Assembly: GCA_965205485.1 (NCBI GenBank)
Contig: OZ242180.1
Location: 2,720,001-2,784,000, forward strand
Reading direction: 5' to 3'
Length of the DNA: 64,000 bases
Source of the DNA: Candidatus Latescibacterota bacterium
GTDB taxonomy: Bacteria > Latescibacterota > UBA2968 > GCA-2709665
Position 1 is the stretch's first letter. Every line of letters starts with the position of its first letter. Positions 10,375 through 19,188 of this stretch are shown piece after piece. Below the pieces are notes generated by a model that was given only the letters and a program-made list of their open reading frames with translations, ran no database searches and was not told the origin of the DNA. A program made the position numbers and the translations under genes.

Positions 10375-11238
10375 ATGTCCAGATGGTTACCCATACTCGT
10401 GACGCTGGCCGTCACCGGCACGTCATTCGCTCAGAGGGATTTTTCGGCGGTCGAGATCAGGTCCACCAGACTGACCGACAGCGTCTATATGCTTGAAGGC
10501 AGCGGAGGCAACATCGGCGTGTCCGTGGGCCCGGACGGCGTCCTGATTGTCGACGATCAGTTCGCGCCGCTGGCTGAAAAGATCCGCGCCGCCATCGGCG
10601 AGTTGGGTGGGGGAGCCCCGACCTTCGTCCTGAATACGCACTACCATGGCGATCATACCGGCGGGAACGCGTATTTTGGAGAGGAAGGCGTCATCGTCGC
10701 GCACCGGAACGTCCGCAAACGCCTGGCGGCCAGACGTGTCAACGACAGGCCGTTACCCGAAGCCGCCCTGCCGGAAATCACATTCGATGGCGGACTGTCG
10801 ATTCATTTCAACGGCGAAGAACTGCGCGTGGTCCACTTTCCGAACGCTCACACGGACGGCGACGGCGTGGTGTTCTTTACCGGATCCAACGTCGTCCACA
10901 CCGGAGACCTCTTCTTCAACGGCAGATTTCCGTACATCGACCTTCGCGGTGGCGGAGACGTTCAGGGTTACATCGAAGCCGTGCGGTCTCTCCTGAAACA
11001 AATCCCGCGGGATGCGCGTATAATCCCCGGTCACGGCCCGCTCGCCGTCCCGGACGATCTGAGGATTGCGCTTGAGATGCTGGAAACGTGCACGAACCTT
11101 GTCAAGACGTCCATCGCGGCCGGAAAGACGCTGGAGGAAATCCAGGCCGCCGGCGTGCCCGAGAGATGGCAGTCGTGGGGCCAGGGTTGGATGAGTACCG
11201 ACCGCTGGCTCTCGATCGTCTACAACAGCTACAAATAA
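10375..11238 (+). CDS. MBL-fold metallo-hydrolase, secreted
   Basis: THYHGDHTGGN, HTDGD, HTGD, PGHG; signal peptide. Confidence 0.9.
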   Translation: MSRWLPILVTLAVTGTSFAQRDFSAVEIRSTRLTDSVYMLEGSGGNIGVSVGPDGVLIVDDQFAPLAEKIRAAIGELGGGAPTFVLNTHYHGDHTGGNAYFGEEGVIVAHRNVRKRLAARRVNDRPLPEAALPEITFDGGLSIHFNGEELRVVHFPNAHTDGDGVVFFTGSNVVHTGDLFFNGRFPYIDLRGGGDVQGYIEAVRSLLKQIPRDARIIPGHGPLAVPDDLRIALEMLETCTNLVKTSIAAGKTLEEIQAAGVPERWQSWGQGWMSTDRWLSIVYNSYK

Positions 11239-11308
11239 CCAGGATTCATCAAAACGGCCGACGCGAGATACGGCCGCAAGGCGTCCATTTTTCTGAGGAG
11301 GCACACCG

Positions 11309-11647
11309 ATGATTATGACCACCACACCGGGTATCGAAGGCAACGATGTGACCACCACACCGGGTATCATCCGTGATTACAGGGGCATCGTCACCGGCGA
11401 GGCGATCCTCGGTGCGAACATCTTCAAGGACTTCTTCGCCGGCATTCGCGACATTGTTGGCGGGCGATCCGCGGCGTACGAAAAGGAACTGAAGCAAGCC
11501 CGCGAGATCGCATTTTCGGAGATGGAGGAAGCTGCCAGGCAGGAGGGCGCCAACGCCGTCGTGGGCATCGACCTGGACTATGAAGTCGTTGGGGATGGCA
11601 GCATGCTCATGGTCTCGGTCAGCGGCACGGCCGTGACAACCGACTGA
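11309..11647 (+). CDS. YbjQ/UPF0145 family protein
   Basis: [38 protein letters not shown]. Confidence 0.9.
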   Translation: MIMTTTPGIEGNDVTTTPGIIRDYRGIVTGEAILGANIFKDFFAGIRDIVGGRSAAYEKELKQAREIAFSEMEEAARQEGANAVVGIDLDYEVVGDGSMLMVSVSGTAVTTD

Positions 11648-11913
11648 CCGGCGCCGCCGATGAGGAAGCCGGTGTGAGGGTGGGGCGGACATTCCTGTCT
11701 GCCCACGTATGCCAGGCCGAAACATCGGGGTCCTGTGTCCGGACATACGCCGGGTCCTGTGGAAACCGCGCAATTGATCGGACTGGCGCCTCAGGCCTGC
11801 TGGGGCGACCCTCCGGTCGCCCTTGAATTGTCATCGCTTCTTGCATCGGTTACGGAAATCCGCTATGATTTAATGAATTCATCGTTGAAACCTATTCACC
11901 TCGAGAACGGCCA

Positions 11914-12276
11914 ATGGGCGCGACTTACGTTGATGTAACCATCCGCAACCCCGCGGATCCGGAACGTTATTGGACCGGGAAATTTCTCGTCGATACAGGC
12001 GCATTCGACTCGCTTGTACCCAGGGCTCGGCTCGATGCGATCGGACTCACGCCAAGGGGCCGCCGCGAATATGTACTTGCGGATGGAAAGCCCATTGCCA
12101 TGGACATAACAATTGCGGAACTGGAGTTTGAAGGAGAAGTCGTCGGCGGGACAATCGTGTACGGGGACGAAGGCGCCGAACCGTTGCTCGGTGTGACCGC
12201 ACTGGAGTCCGGCGGATTCGAGGTCGACCCTCGCAATGAACAGCTCAAGCGGCTGCCGGCCGTTTTGTTGAAGTGA
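11914..12276 (+). CDS. Clan AA (retropepsin-like) aspartic protease
   Basis: FLVDTGA, PLLGVTALES. Confidence 0.85.
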   Translation: MGATYVDVTIRNPADPERYWTGKFLVDTGAFDSLVPRARLDAIGLTPRGRREYVLADGKPIAMDITIAELEFEGEVVGGTIVYGDEGAEPLLGVTALESGGFEVDPRNEQLKRLPAVLLK

Positions 12277-12423
12277 TGCAGTGTCTCCATGCGCTGCAAC
12301 ATGGCTGATGAATGGTAGTCGACGCAAAGTGGGCAACCACAAGGGTTGCCCCTACCAAATCATCCCGATGCGCAGTTTCCGAAGGGGCGACCAGCCGGTC
12401 GCCCCTTCGACTTTATTCTACGC

Positions 12424-12457
12424 TGTCGCAATACCTGCGACAATCCCTTCTTACGTT
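12424..12457 (+). promoter_or_regulatory. Palindromic operator plus -10 upstream of the WYL gene
   Basis: TGTCGCA-ATACC-TGCGACA then 9 nt then TACGTT. Confidence 0.7.
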
Positions 12458-12474
12458 TATGTGGAGGGTTTCAG

Positions 12475-13446
12475 ATGGAACGCACAATGACCCGCGCCGA
12501 ACGTCTAAAGGCGATCGAGACTTATCTCTATCAATCGGCGGGCGGCAAGAAGGCCACGGACATCGCCTCGCGGTTCGCCGTACACCGAAGTACGGTGTAC
12601 CGGGACATTCAGTCGCTGGGCGAATCCGGGTCGCCGATATGGGAGGACAACGGGCAGTTCGGCGTGTTGAAGGAACGATATCTGACCACCGTCCGTGTCA
12701 ATCTGCACGAGGCCCTGGCGCTCTACCTGGCCGCTCGCCTGCTCTCTGCGCACAGCGACGAACACAATCCGCACGTCGTCTCTGCGCTCGAAAAGCTCGC
12801 AAGCGCAATGCCGGAGTCCATCGGCGAACACATCAACCGAACGGCCGCGGTTGCCGACAGGCGCAGGCCCGATCGCGATCACATCCGCATTCTGGAAACG
12901 CTCACGCGCGCCTGGTCCGAACGCAGGCAGGCGCGTATCGTCTACCACAACCCACAGACCGGCGAAACCACCGATCGTACCGTAGATCCCTACTTCATCG
13001 AGCCTTCGCCCGTGGGATACGCCTGCTACGTCATCGGTTACGACCATTTGCGGCAGGACATCCGAGAGTTCAAAGTGGAGCGAATTGAACGGGCGACGCT
13101 GCTGGAGACAAGATTCAAGACGCGGGTTGGCTTCGATCCGTACGAATTCCTCGAGCACTCGTGGGGCATCATGGGCGGTAACGAGGTCGTGGACGTCGTA
13201 CTCCGGTTTTCGGAGAAGGTCGCGTACCGCGTTCGGGAATCGGACTGGCCGGGGGTGGTGGACGTGACGGACGAGCCCGACGGCGGCTGCCGGCTGCGGC
13301 TCAGGGTGAAGCACACGCTCGAGATGAAGCCGTGGATCCGAGGCTGGGGGCCGGAGTGCGAGGTGCTGGCGCCGGAGGAGCTGAGAAACGAGATCGCCGA
13401 GGATATGATCAAGGCGGGGAGTGTGTATGAATCAGGATCCGTCTGA
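12475..13446 (+). CDS. HTH-WYL-WCX transcriptional regulator
   Basis: HTH (DIASRFAVHRSTVYRDIQSL), WYL core (RTVDPY..YVIGYDHLRQDIREFKVERI), WCX (EMKPWIRGWGPECEVLAPEELR); RBS GGAGG. Confidence 0.92.
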   Translation: MERTMTRAERLKAIETYLYQSAGGKKATDIASRFAVHRSTVYRDIQSLGESGSPIWEDNGQFGVLKERYLTTVRVNLHEALALYLAARLLSAHSDEHNPHVVSALEKLASAMPESIGEHINRTAAVADRRRPDRDHIRILETLTRAWSERRQARIVYHNPQTGETTDRTVDPYFIEPSPVGYACYVIGYDHLRQDIREFKVERIERATLLETRFKTRVGFDPYEFLEHSWGIMGGNEVVDVVLRFSEKVAYRVRESDWPGVVDVTDEPDGGCRLRLRVKHTLEMKPWIRGWGPECEVLAPEELRNEIAEDMIKAGSVYESGSV

Positions 13447-13687
13447 GATCAGAGACAGTAGGGGCGACCGGCCGGTCGCCCGCACAAAAACAACGCCAGC
13501 GCGAGGTTTCGGTTGTGGGCGGCCCTCCTATCTCTTCCGTCTTCGCCTCTTGCTGGCGGCCGGGGATTTGTTGGGTGCTACGATCCGTACTTCCCCATGC
13601 GCCGCCGGTTGACTTCCCTCTGATTGTCTGACCCGCATTTCGATAAACGGCTGTGAATTCCAACTTCTGTTGCACAGCCGCAACCTC

Positions 13688-13722
13688 TGTGACGCAAAAT
13701 GCGACATTTTTCACCATAAAAT
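13688..13722 (+). promoter_or_regulatory. Degenerate WYL-type site plus -10
   Basis: TGTGACGCAAAA-TGCGACA then 10 nt then TAAAAT; one perfect half-site. Confidence 0.5.
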
Positions 13723-13747
13723 CAACAAATAGGACGAAGAATTCATC

Positions 13748-14443
13748 ATGAGTTCAACAATATATCCGTATATTGTACTCTCACGAACAACGGCACTGAA
13801 TGGCAGAACACCAAACTGGTTTGGGAACAATCAAGTTAAGGATGCCCGCATTGGCGACATCAATAGTGTGGGAATGGAGGACAGTTTGACGAGAGCCGAA
13901 ATCATCGCGCGTCGCCGCGAGTTCGAGATCCCAGGATACAAACACAAGTACAAGACGCTTGCAGACGTCGGGTTTGACGGCGAGTGGGTTACGCCATACC
14001 AGATCGTGTCGAGTTCCGAGACGGGTCCGGTACTGGTCGCACACTACTGGCTGGATGCCCCACAAGTCAATAGACATCGCCAGGTGCTGAAGGAGCACGG
14101 CTGGCTGCCGGGTATTCCCTTCAACAAAGTACTGACGCTGGCCCTTGAGCGGGCGAACCTGACCCGCGAGGACATCTATGTCACGCAAGCGTTTCATCTG
14201 TTGCCGTACAAGCAGTGGCCGCCGTTCCGTATACGACACATCGATGAATCGTTTGACAGAATCACACGGCACGAGTGCGCGGGTCGGACGGTCATCGCAC
14301 TCGGTACGGTCGCGCAACGCGCCTGTCGCCGCGCCGGCGTCGAGGCCATCGAATGTATCAGCCCAAGCGCTCGCCTGAGTTGGGAGTACAAGGTGGAAGA
14401 ACTCGCTAAGGCGCTGAAGACCGCGTTGGTGCGGATCGGATGA
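13748..14443 (+). CDS. Hypothetical protein with UDG-superfamily-like C-terminal motifs
   Basis: REDIYVTQAFH, VIALGTVA, ISPSAR (HPSxR-like); start may be 13874. Confidence 0.5.
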   Translation: MSSTIYPYIVLSRTTALNGRTPNWFGNNQVKDARIGDINSVGMEDSLTRAEIIARRREFEIPGYKHKYKTLADVGFDGEWVTPYQIVSSSETGPVLVAHYWLDAPQVNRHRQVLKEHGWLPGIPFNKVLTLALERANLTREDIYVTQAFHLLPYKQWPPFRIRHIDESFDRITRHECAGRTVIALGTVAQRACRRAGVEAIECISPSARLSWEYKVEELAKALKTALVRIG

Positions 14444-14688
14444 GACGCCGGATGACACAGACAATCGTGACGACAGTTACGAACCGGTCGAGCAGCCTAA
14501 GGGTTGTGATGGCGCCGGCGACTGTTCTGATGCCCTGACGAGATCCTTGTAGATGGCCGAGAAGTTGCACATCGGACGGCATTCAAAAGCTCAAGCCGTA
14601 AACCGATGCCTGTCACATCTCCTGCTTTTCTGTTTTTCGGACGTCTTCGATGCCTGTCAACATCGTTTTTGCTTTTGGCTGTTCGCGG

Positions 14689-14802
14689 ATCGCTTCCGTT
14701 CACTTCGGTGGGGGAGCGGATTGAAACGTAGGATCGGTCGGCTCGAAGGTCGTCACCGGCCCCAAAATCTCCCCGCACTTCGGTGGGGGGCGTGGATTGA
14801 AC
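14689..14802 (+). CRISPR. Degenerate orphan CRISPR-like mini-array (2 repeats, 1 spacer)
   Basis: ATCGCTTCCGTTCACTTCGGTGGGGGAGCGGATTGAAAC, a ~39-nt spacer, ATCTCCCCGCACTTCGGTGGGGGGCGTGGATTGAAC; TTCG-loop hairpins and ATTGAA(A)C ends; no cas genes in window. Confidence 0.55.
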
Positions 14803-14914
14803 TTCGCGGCGGGACCCAGGTAGTACTGCGCGCCAATTCAACCTATACATTCGGGTCCAGCCTGTGATGTTCGGACCGGGTATTGATCCAATTTCATGAT
14901 GAAATGAGGCGACT

Positions 14915-15541
14915 ATGGATATGACCGAAATCTCCAGTCTGCTGGCACTGACGCTCGGGGTCGGCTGGGCTAGCGGGATCAATCTGTATGCAACCGTGTT
15001 TACTTTGGGGCTCGCCGGTTTAACAGGATACGTGGAATTACCTGATCAGCTCGATGCGATCCAGAATCCCTGGGTACTTGTCGCCGCAGGTTTGATGTAC
15101 CTTGTGGAGTTCGTCGCCGACAAGATCCCTGGATTCGACACGGTTTGGGATGTCATCCACACCTTCATTCGCGTTCCGGCGGGTGCTCTGATGGCTTTGG
15201 GGGCAACGGGTGATCACGGCTTGGCCCTGGATATGACTGGTGGACTGGCCGGCGGTATCATGGCCCTGAATAGCCACGCGACCAAGATGGGTTCGCGCGC
15301 GGCCATCAATACGAGCCCTGAGCCGTTTTCCAACTGGGCTGCATCAATCACAGAGGACATATCCGTCGTGGGCGGCTTGTGGCTGGCACTGAACCACCCC
15401 TGGACGTTTCTCGGTTTGCTGGTGTTGTTCGTCGTGCTCTCCGTTTTTTTGTTGCGGATAATCTGGTCAACTCTTAAAGCGGCGATTCGGAAAGTACGAT
15501 CCCGATGGCGTTCCGATCTCGCCCATAGTAGGGGAGAATGA
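14915..15541 (+). CDS. DUF4126 family membrane protein
   Basis: GWASGINLYAT, EFVADKIPGFDTVWD, NTSPEPFSNWAASITED. Confidence 0.85.
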   Translation: MDMTEISSLLALTLGVGWASGINLYATVFTLGLAGLTGYVELPDQLDAIQNPWVLVAAGLMYLVEFVADKIPGFDTVWDVIHTFIRVPAGALMALGATGDHGLALDMTGGLAGGIMALNSHATKMGSRAAINTSPEPFSNWAASITEDISVVGGLWLALNHPWTFLGLLVLFVVLSVFLLRIIWSTLKAAIRKVRSRWRSDLAHSRGE

Positions 15542-15643
15542 GCTTGCCGTTCCAATACGTGATTTGTCCCCCCGAGAATTCTCGACCTACCGCTGAGCAT
15601 CAACTGGCCCGCCCGCCGGCCCGGCCATAGGGACGCTTACTGG

Positions 15644-15663
15644 GAATCTTCCATCAGAACAAG
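15644..15663 (+). repeat. 20-bp island motif, copy A
   Basis: GAATCTTCCATCAGAACAAG. Confidence 0.85.
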
Positions 15664-15676
15664 GATTGAGACGATT

Positions 15677-15853
15677 ATGCGAAATAGACAAGACACCGCT
15701 GGTATGCTGGTCTGGCATCCCGACGGCAAGCCCTACTCGCCGGCCGACTACGAAAAGGCGGGCATGCCGGTGCCCACGCCCGAGCAGCTCGCCCACTGGG
15801 CCGAGACCGACCGGTGGATCGCCGAACTCAAAGCCAAGTACGACACCGATTAG
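15677..15853 (+). CDS. 58-aa hypothetical protein, paralog A
   Basis: MRNRQDTAGMLVWHPDGKPYSPADYEKAGMPVPTPEQLAHWAETDRWIAELKAKYDTD; 39/58 identical to 19003-19179. Confidence 0.75.
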   Translation: MRNRQDTAGMLVWHPDGKPYSPADYEKAGMPVPTPEQLAHWAETDRWIAELKAKYDTD

Positions 15854-15901
15854 CCCCCCTCCGTCGTCAACTCAACCACGTAGTAGTATTCCACTCGCTC
15901 A

Positions 15902-15921
15902 GAATCTTCCATCAGAAAAGG
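15902..15921 (+). repeat. 20-bp island motif, copy B
   Basis: GAATCTTCCATCAGAAAAGG. Confidence 0.8.
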
Positions 15922-15959
15922 GATAGAAATGCATGCCGGCAATGGCCGGTGCCTCGTGA

Positions 15960-15979
15960 GAGTCTTCCACCAGAACAAG
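15960..15979 (+). repeat. 20-bp island motif, copy C
   Basis: GAGTCTTCCACCAGAACAAG. Confidence 0.8.
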
Positions 15980-16101
15980 TGGAGACGTTGTTACACCGGC
16001 GGCAATAATTACCGACATGCGTGTCGGGGGACCTGGTCTATGAGGATCCCAACGACAGTCCATTCTATTGCAGTGAGCCTCGATCGAAGTGAAGGAATTG
16101 A

Positions 16102-17433
16102 ATGACCGCAGCCGGCAGGGAGAACGACCTAGCGCCCGTTGAGCGATGTCTTTCCATCGGCACCTGGAACATGGATCACTGGAAACGGACCACGCAGCAG
16201 CGCCGGGACGCATGGGATTACCTCAAAACAAACCGCAATGCTGACGTGATGCTGCTTCAGGAAAGCGTCGCGCCGGCTGGTATCCCCCGTACCAGTTTCG
16301 TGCACCGAGAGATCGCTGGCCGGCGGCCATGGGGATCATCGGTTGTGGCGTTCGCGGATGACGTGGAAATCGAGGAGGTCGATGCCGTACGCACCCGCTA
16401 CGGCGCCACGAGATACAGCTTGCTGGGAAGCCTTCCGGGTTCCTTAATCGTCGCTCGAATCCACGTGCCTGAAATCGGCCCTATTACGTGTGTGAGCGTC
16501 TATGGTACGATAGATGGCGTCTATGCGCAGACAACGATGTTTCGTGTTATTGCCGACCTGGTTCCGCTGTTTGACTCGGGCGACGGCAGGCGGGTCATTC
16601 TGGGCGGCGACTTCAATATTACAACAGCGGCGTCTCCCGAAACGCCCGAACGGCCTCGATACCGCGCCATCTTGTCTGGCATCGAATCACTCGGACTCGT
16701 CAATCTCGCCGAGACGGCAAAGTGTCGCCCGGACTCCATGCCTGGTTGTCCGTGCAGTGCCGATGATTGCCGCCACATCCGAACGTTCGGCGACAATCCT
16801 GGCACGCAGCTCGATTGGCTGTACGCCACGGAGGAACTCGCACGCAGGTGCACACGCCTGTCCGTCGATCACACCGTTATGGGTACAATGAGCGACCACG
16901 CGCCGCTCGTTGCCGAGTTTCGAGTCCCCCCGCTCGAGGGCAGCGGGGTTGTCGATCCGGATTCATTCGTCCGGGAACTTGCGGTCCGCACTGGTTCCGA
17001 GTGTGCTCGAATCGCGGAAGAACTGATCGCGTGGGCGCACTGGAAGCACGCGGAGCTGGATCGATGGGACCGGAAGGCCGTGTCCTTTGACCGATTGCCG
17101 ACGCGTGATAGCGATCCGCCGGAAATCTGGTTCCAGCTCGATAAAGGACGTCCGGGTCGAGAGAGGAATCTGTTGCAATGGACCTTCAGCATCAAGGCAC
17201 ACGGGCGCGTCGTCGTGCAATTTCGATGGTTGACCGGCCCGTTCAAACAGATGAGTGCGCGGGAAGAACTCTGGTCAGATTTGTGCCGGATTGAAGGCGT
17301 GTCTCTGGACAAGAATCTGAATAGCAAACCGAGCTTTTCCTTAAAGGCCCTGGCGCAGCCTGATCGCCTCGAGCAGTTTCAGCAGGTGTTTTCCAATATG
17401 ATTGACAAAACGCTGCAGGGAAACGCGGATTGA
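16102..17433 (+). CDS. Endonuclease/exonuclease/phosphatase (EEP) family protein with extra C-terminal domain
   Basis: IGTWNM, DVMLLQE, GGDFN, QLDWLY, SDHAPL, plus about 165 aa C-terminal domain. Confidence 0.85.
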   Translation: MTAAGRENDLAPVERCLSIGTWNMDHWKRTTQQRRDAWDYLKTNRNADVMLLQESVAPAGIPRTSFVHREIAGRRPWGSSVVAFADDVEIEEVDAVRTRYGATRYSLLGSLPGSLIVARIHVPEIGPITCVSVYGTIDGVYAQTTMFRVIADLVPLFDSGDGRRVILGGDFNITTAASPETPERPRYRAILSGIESLGLVNLAETAKCRPDSMPGCPCSADDCRHIRTFGDNPGTQLDWLYATEELARRCTRLSVDHTVMGTMSDHAPLVAEFRVPPLEGSGVVDPDSFVRELAVRTGSECARIAEELIAWAHWKHAELDRWDRKAVSFDRLPTRDSDPPEIWFQLDKGRPGRERNLLQWTFSIKAHGRVVVQFRWLTGPFKQMSAREELWSDLCRIEGVSLDKNLNSKPSFSLKALAQPDRLEQFQQVFSNMIDKTLQGNAD

Positions 17434-17502
17434 GACTGAACAGGACCCTTGAATCGTCGTCGTGAATGATCCGAGGAATACAAACTATGTGAAGGAGGTT
17501 CC

Positions 17503-18093
17503 GTGGACACGAGTGGTTTATCCGAATTCAGCCGTGATCTGGAGTCCTTGATCGGCAAGCCGACCGATCTGCGCCCGTTCGTTTGTGAAGGTTCTCCACT
17601 TGAATGCGAAGTGTTCCTCGTAGGTTTCAATCCTGCGAGCCCCATGTCCGTAGACTTTTGGGATTTCTGGAAGGACAGCTATGGATTCAACAAATGCGCC
17701 TGGTTCGAGAAGTACAAGTACGAGCGACGGAACCGCCCGCTGAAGCGTGGAAGGACGAGAAGGAATGAAGTAAGCAACACGCGTAGAACCATAGATGTCG
17801 TCGTCGAAAGTGCCAGACCCGTCAAATGCCTCGAAACGAACATCTACGCGAATGCGACTGAGCAGAAATCGGACCTGAAAGCAAAAGACAGAGTCACGGC
17901 GCCCTTCGACTATCTCCTGCACGAGGTCGCACCTAAGCTGGTGATTGCCCACGGCAGGGATGCCGCGAGTTACTTGCAAGGGCAGGACCTACCGTGCGAG
18001 CTTAAGTGTGTTCCACATTTCGCACTCGGTTGGTACGAGCAAAGCGCGCGAGATCTGGGTGTGTGTATTCGCAGGTATTGCGAAGGAAAGTAA
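17503..18093 (+). CDS. Uracil-DNA-glycosylase-superfamily-like protein
   Basis: VFLVGFNPA, LETNIY, PKLVIAHGRDA, VPHF; RBS AAGGAGG before GTG. Confidence 0.65.
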   Translation: MDTSGLSEFSRDLESLIGKPTDLRPFVCEGSPLECEVFLVGFNPASPMSVDFWDFWKDSYGFNKCAWFEKYKYERRNRPLKRGRTRRNEVSNTRRTIDVVVESARPVKCLETNIYANATEQKSDLKAKDRVTAPFDYLLHEVAPKLVIAHGRDAASYLQGQDLPCELKCVPHFALGWYEQSARDLGVCIRRYCEGK

Positions 18094-18167
18094 CCGCACC
18101 TCGCCGCGCAGACGTCAACTGATTGGATTTTTGGTTCAGGCTGATAGCCAATAGCTTGCTTCTCTGT

Positions 18168-18201
18168 TGTCGCAATTCCTGCGACAGATCCGGTTTATCT
18201 T
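18168..18201 (+). promoter_or_regulatory. Second palindromic WYL-type operator plus -10
   Basis: TGTCGCA-ATTCC-TGCGACA then 9 nt then TATCTT; 18/19 identical to 12424-12442. Confidence 0.7.
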
Positions 18202-18357
18202 GATATGGGTTGAGCAATATTGGTGAAACATCCGATGAGATGTACGGCTCTGTTCTTGGCGGGCAGGAACAGGACGGGAACGATTTGATGCCGCACGCTT
18301 CCGCATGACCGTTTTCGGGTACAGTCTCGAAGGTACAACCGGGTGGAGGGCTGAGCG

Positions 18358-18906
18358 ATGCCAAATGGAGGATCCGACTGTTGCGGGACCTGCTGGTTCA
18401 ATCGAAGGAATCAGGGCGAGCGCGACTGGTTGGCGCACGCAGACGAGAGTATACCGCCCTTTTGCGAGATCAGGGACATCGAGGTGGAGGATCCGTTCTA
18501 CACCTATTGCGCGAACCATCCTCATCGCCGGCCCGATCGCGACACCATTCCCATCGGGCCGGTGATGCGCCACGGCGGATGGAAAGAGGAACGGCGCGTC
18601 GAGGACGGTCAAACCATTTTATCCAGTTGCGAGAATCCTCGTTACGTCTGGAAACCCTCGCCGGATTCGGAAGAGATTCGCCAACACCTGCTGAATCTGC
18701 TGAATAGCATTTTCGAGCACATGTCAAGGGACCGGTATCCGATAGGCGCCGGTCTGGGAGAGACGATTATCCGGCAACTTGGCGAGTTTCGGGAGGAACG
18801 GTCGGTGAAGTATCTCGAATGGATACGCGAGAATCTCGAAGATTCGCTGGATTTCATGGCAGTCGCTGCCAACGAGGCGCTGGGCAAGATCCAGGAAAAT
18901 GAATAA
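18358..18906 (+). CDS. Hypothetical protein, Cys-rich N-terminus and helical (HEAT-like) C-terminus
   Basis: MPNGGSDCCGTCWFN...FCEIR...YTYCANHPH; RBS GGAGG. Confidence 0.65.
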   Translation: MPNGGSDCCGTCWFNRRNQGERDWLAHADESIPPFCEIRDIEVEDPFYTYCANHPHRRPDRDTIPIGPVMRHGGWKEERRVEDGQTILSSCENPRYVWKPSPDSEEIRQHLLNLLNSIFEHMSRDRYPIGAGLGETIIRQLGEFREERSVKYLEWIRENLEDSLDFMAVAANEALGKIQENE

Positions 18907-18969
18907 GCAGTGTACCCGGACGACAACACAGACCTTTTCGGAGAGATCGTCGACGGCTCGTTCCGCTGA

Positions 18970-18989
18970 GAATCTTCCTTCAGAACAAG
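18970..18989 (+). repeat. 20-bp island motif, copy D
   Basis: GAATCTTCCTTCAGAACAAG. Confidence 0.85.
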
Positions 18990-19002
18990 GATCGAAACAG
19001 CT

Positions 19003-19179
19003 ATGCGAAACAGACAAGATAGCGCAGGCATGCAGTGCTGGCACCCTGACGGCACGCCCTTCTCTGACGCCGACTACCGCCGGGCAAACCTCCCTGTGCC
19101 CACACCTGCGCAGTTGGCACACTGGGCCGAAATGAAACGGCTCATCGATGAGATGAAAGCACGCCACGACACCGAGTAA
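19003..19179 (+). CDS. 58-aa hypothetical protein, paralog B
   Basis: MRNRQDSAGMQCWHPDGTPFSDADYRRANLPVPTPAQLAHWAEMKRLIDEMKARHDTE. Confidence 0.75.
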   Translation: MRNRQDSAGMQCWHPDGTPFSDADYRRANLPVPTPAQLAHWAEMKRLIDEMKARHDTE

Positions 19180-19188
19180 GCCCGGCGA

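Noticed and set aside
15929..16105. 58-codon ORF after motif copy B with ATGA overlap on the EEP start
   Set aside because: No similarity to the twin ORFs, it runs through motif copy C, and there is no independent coding evidence.
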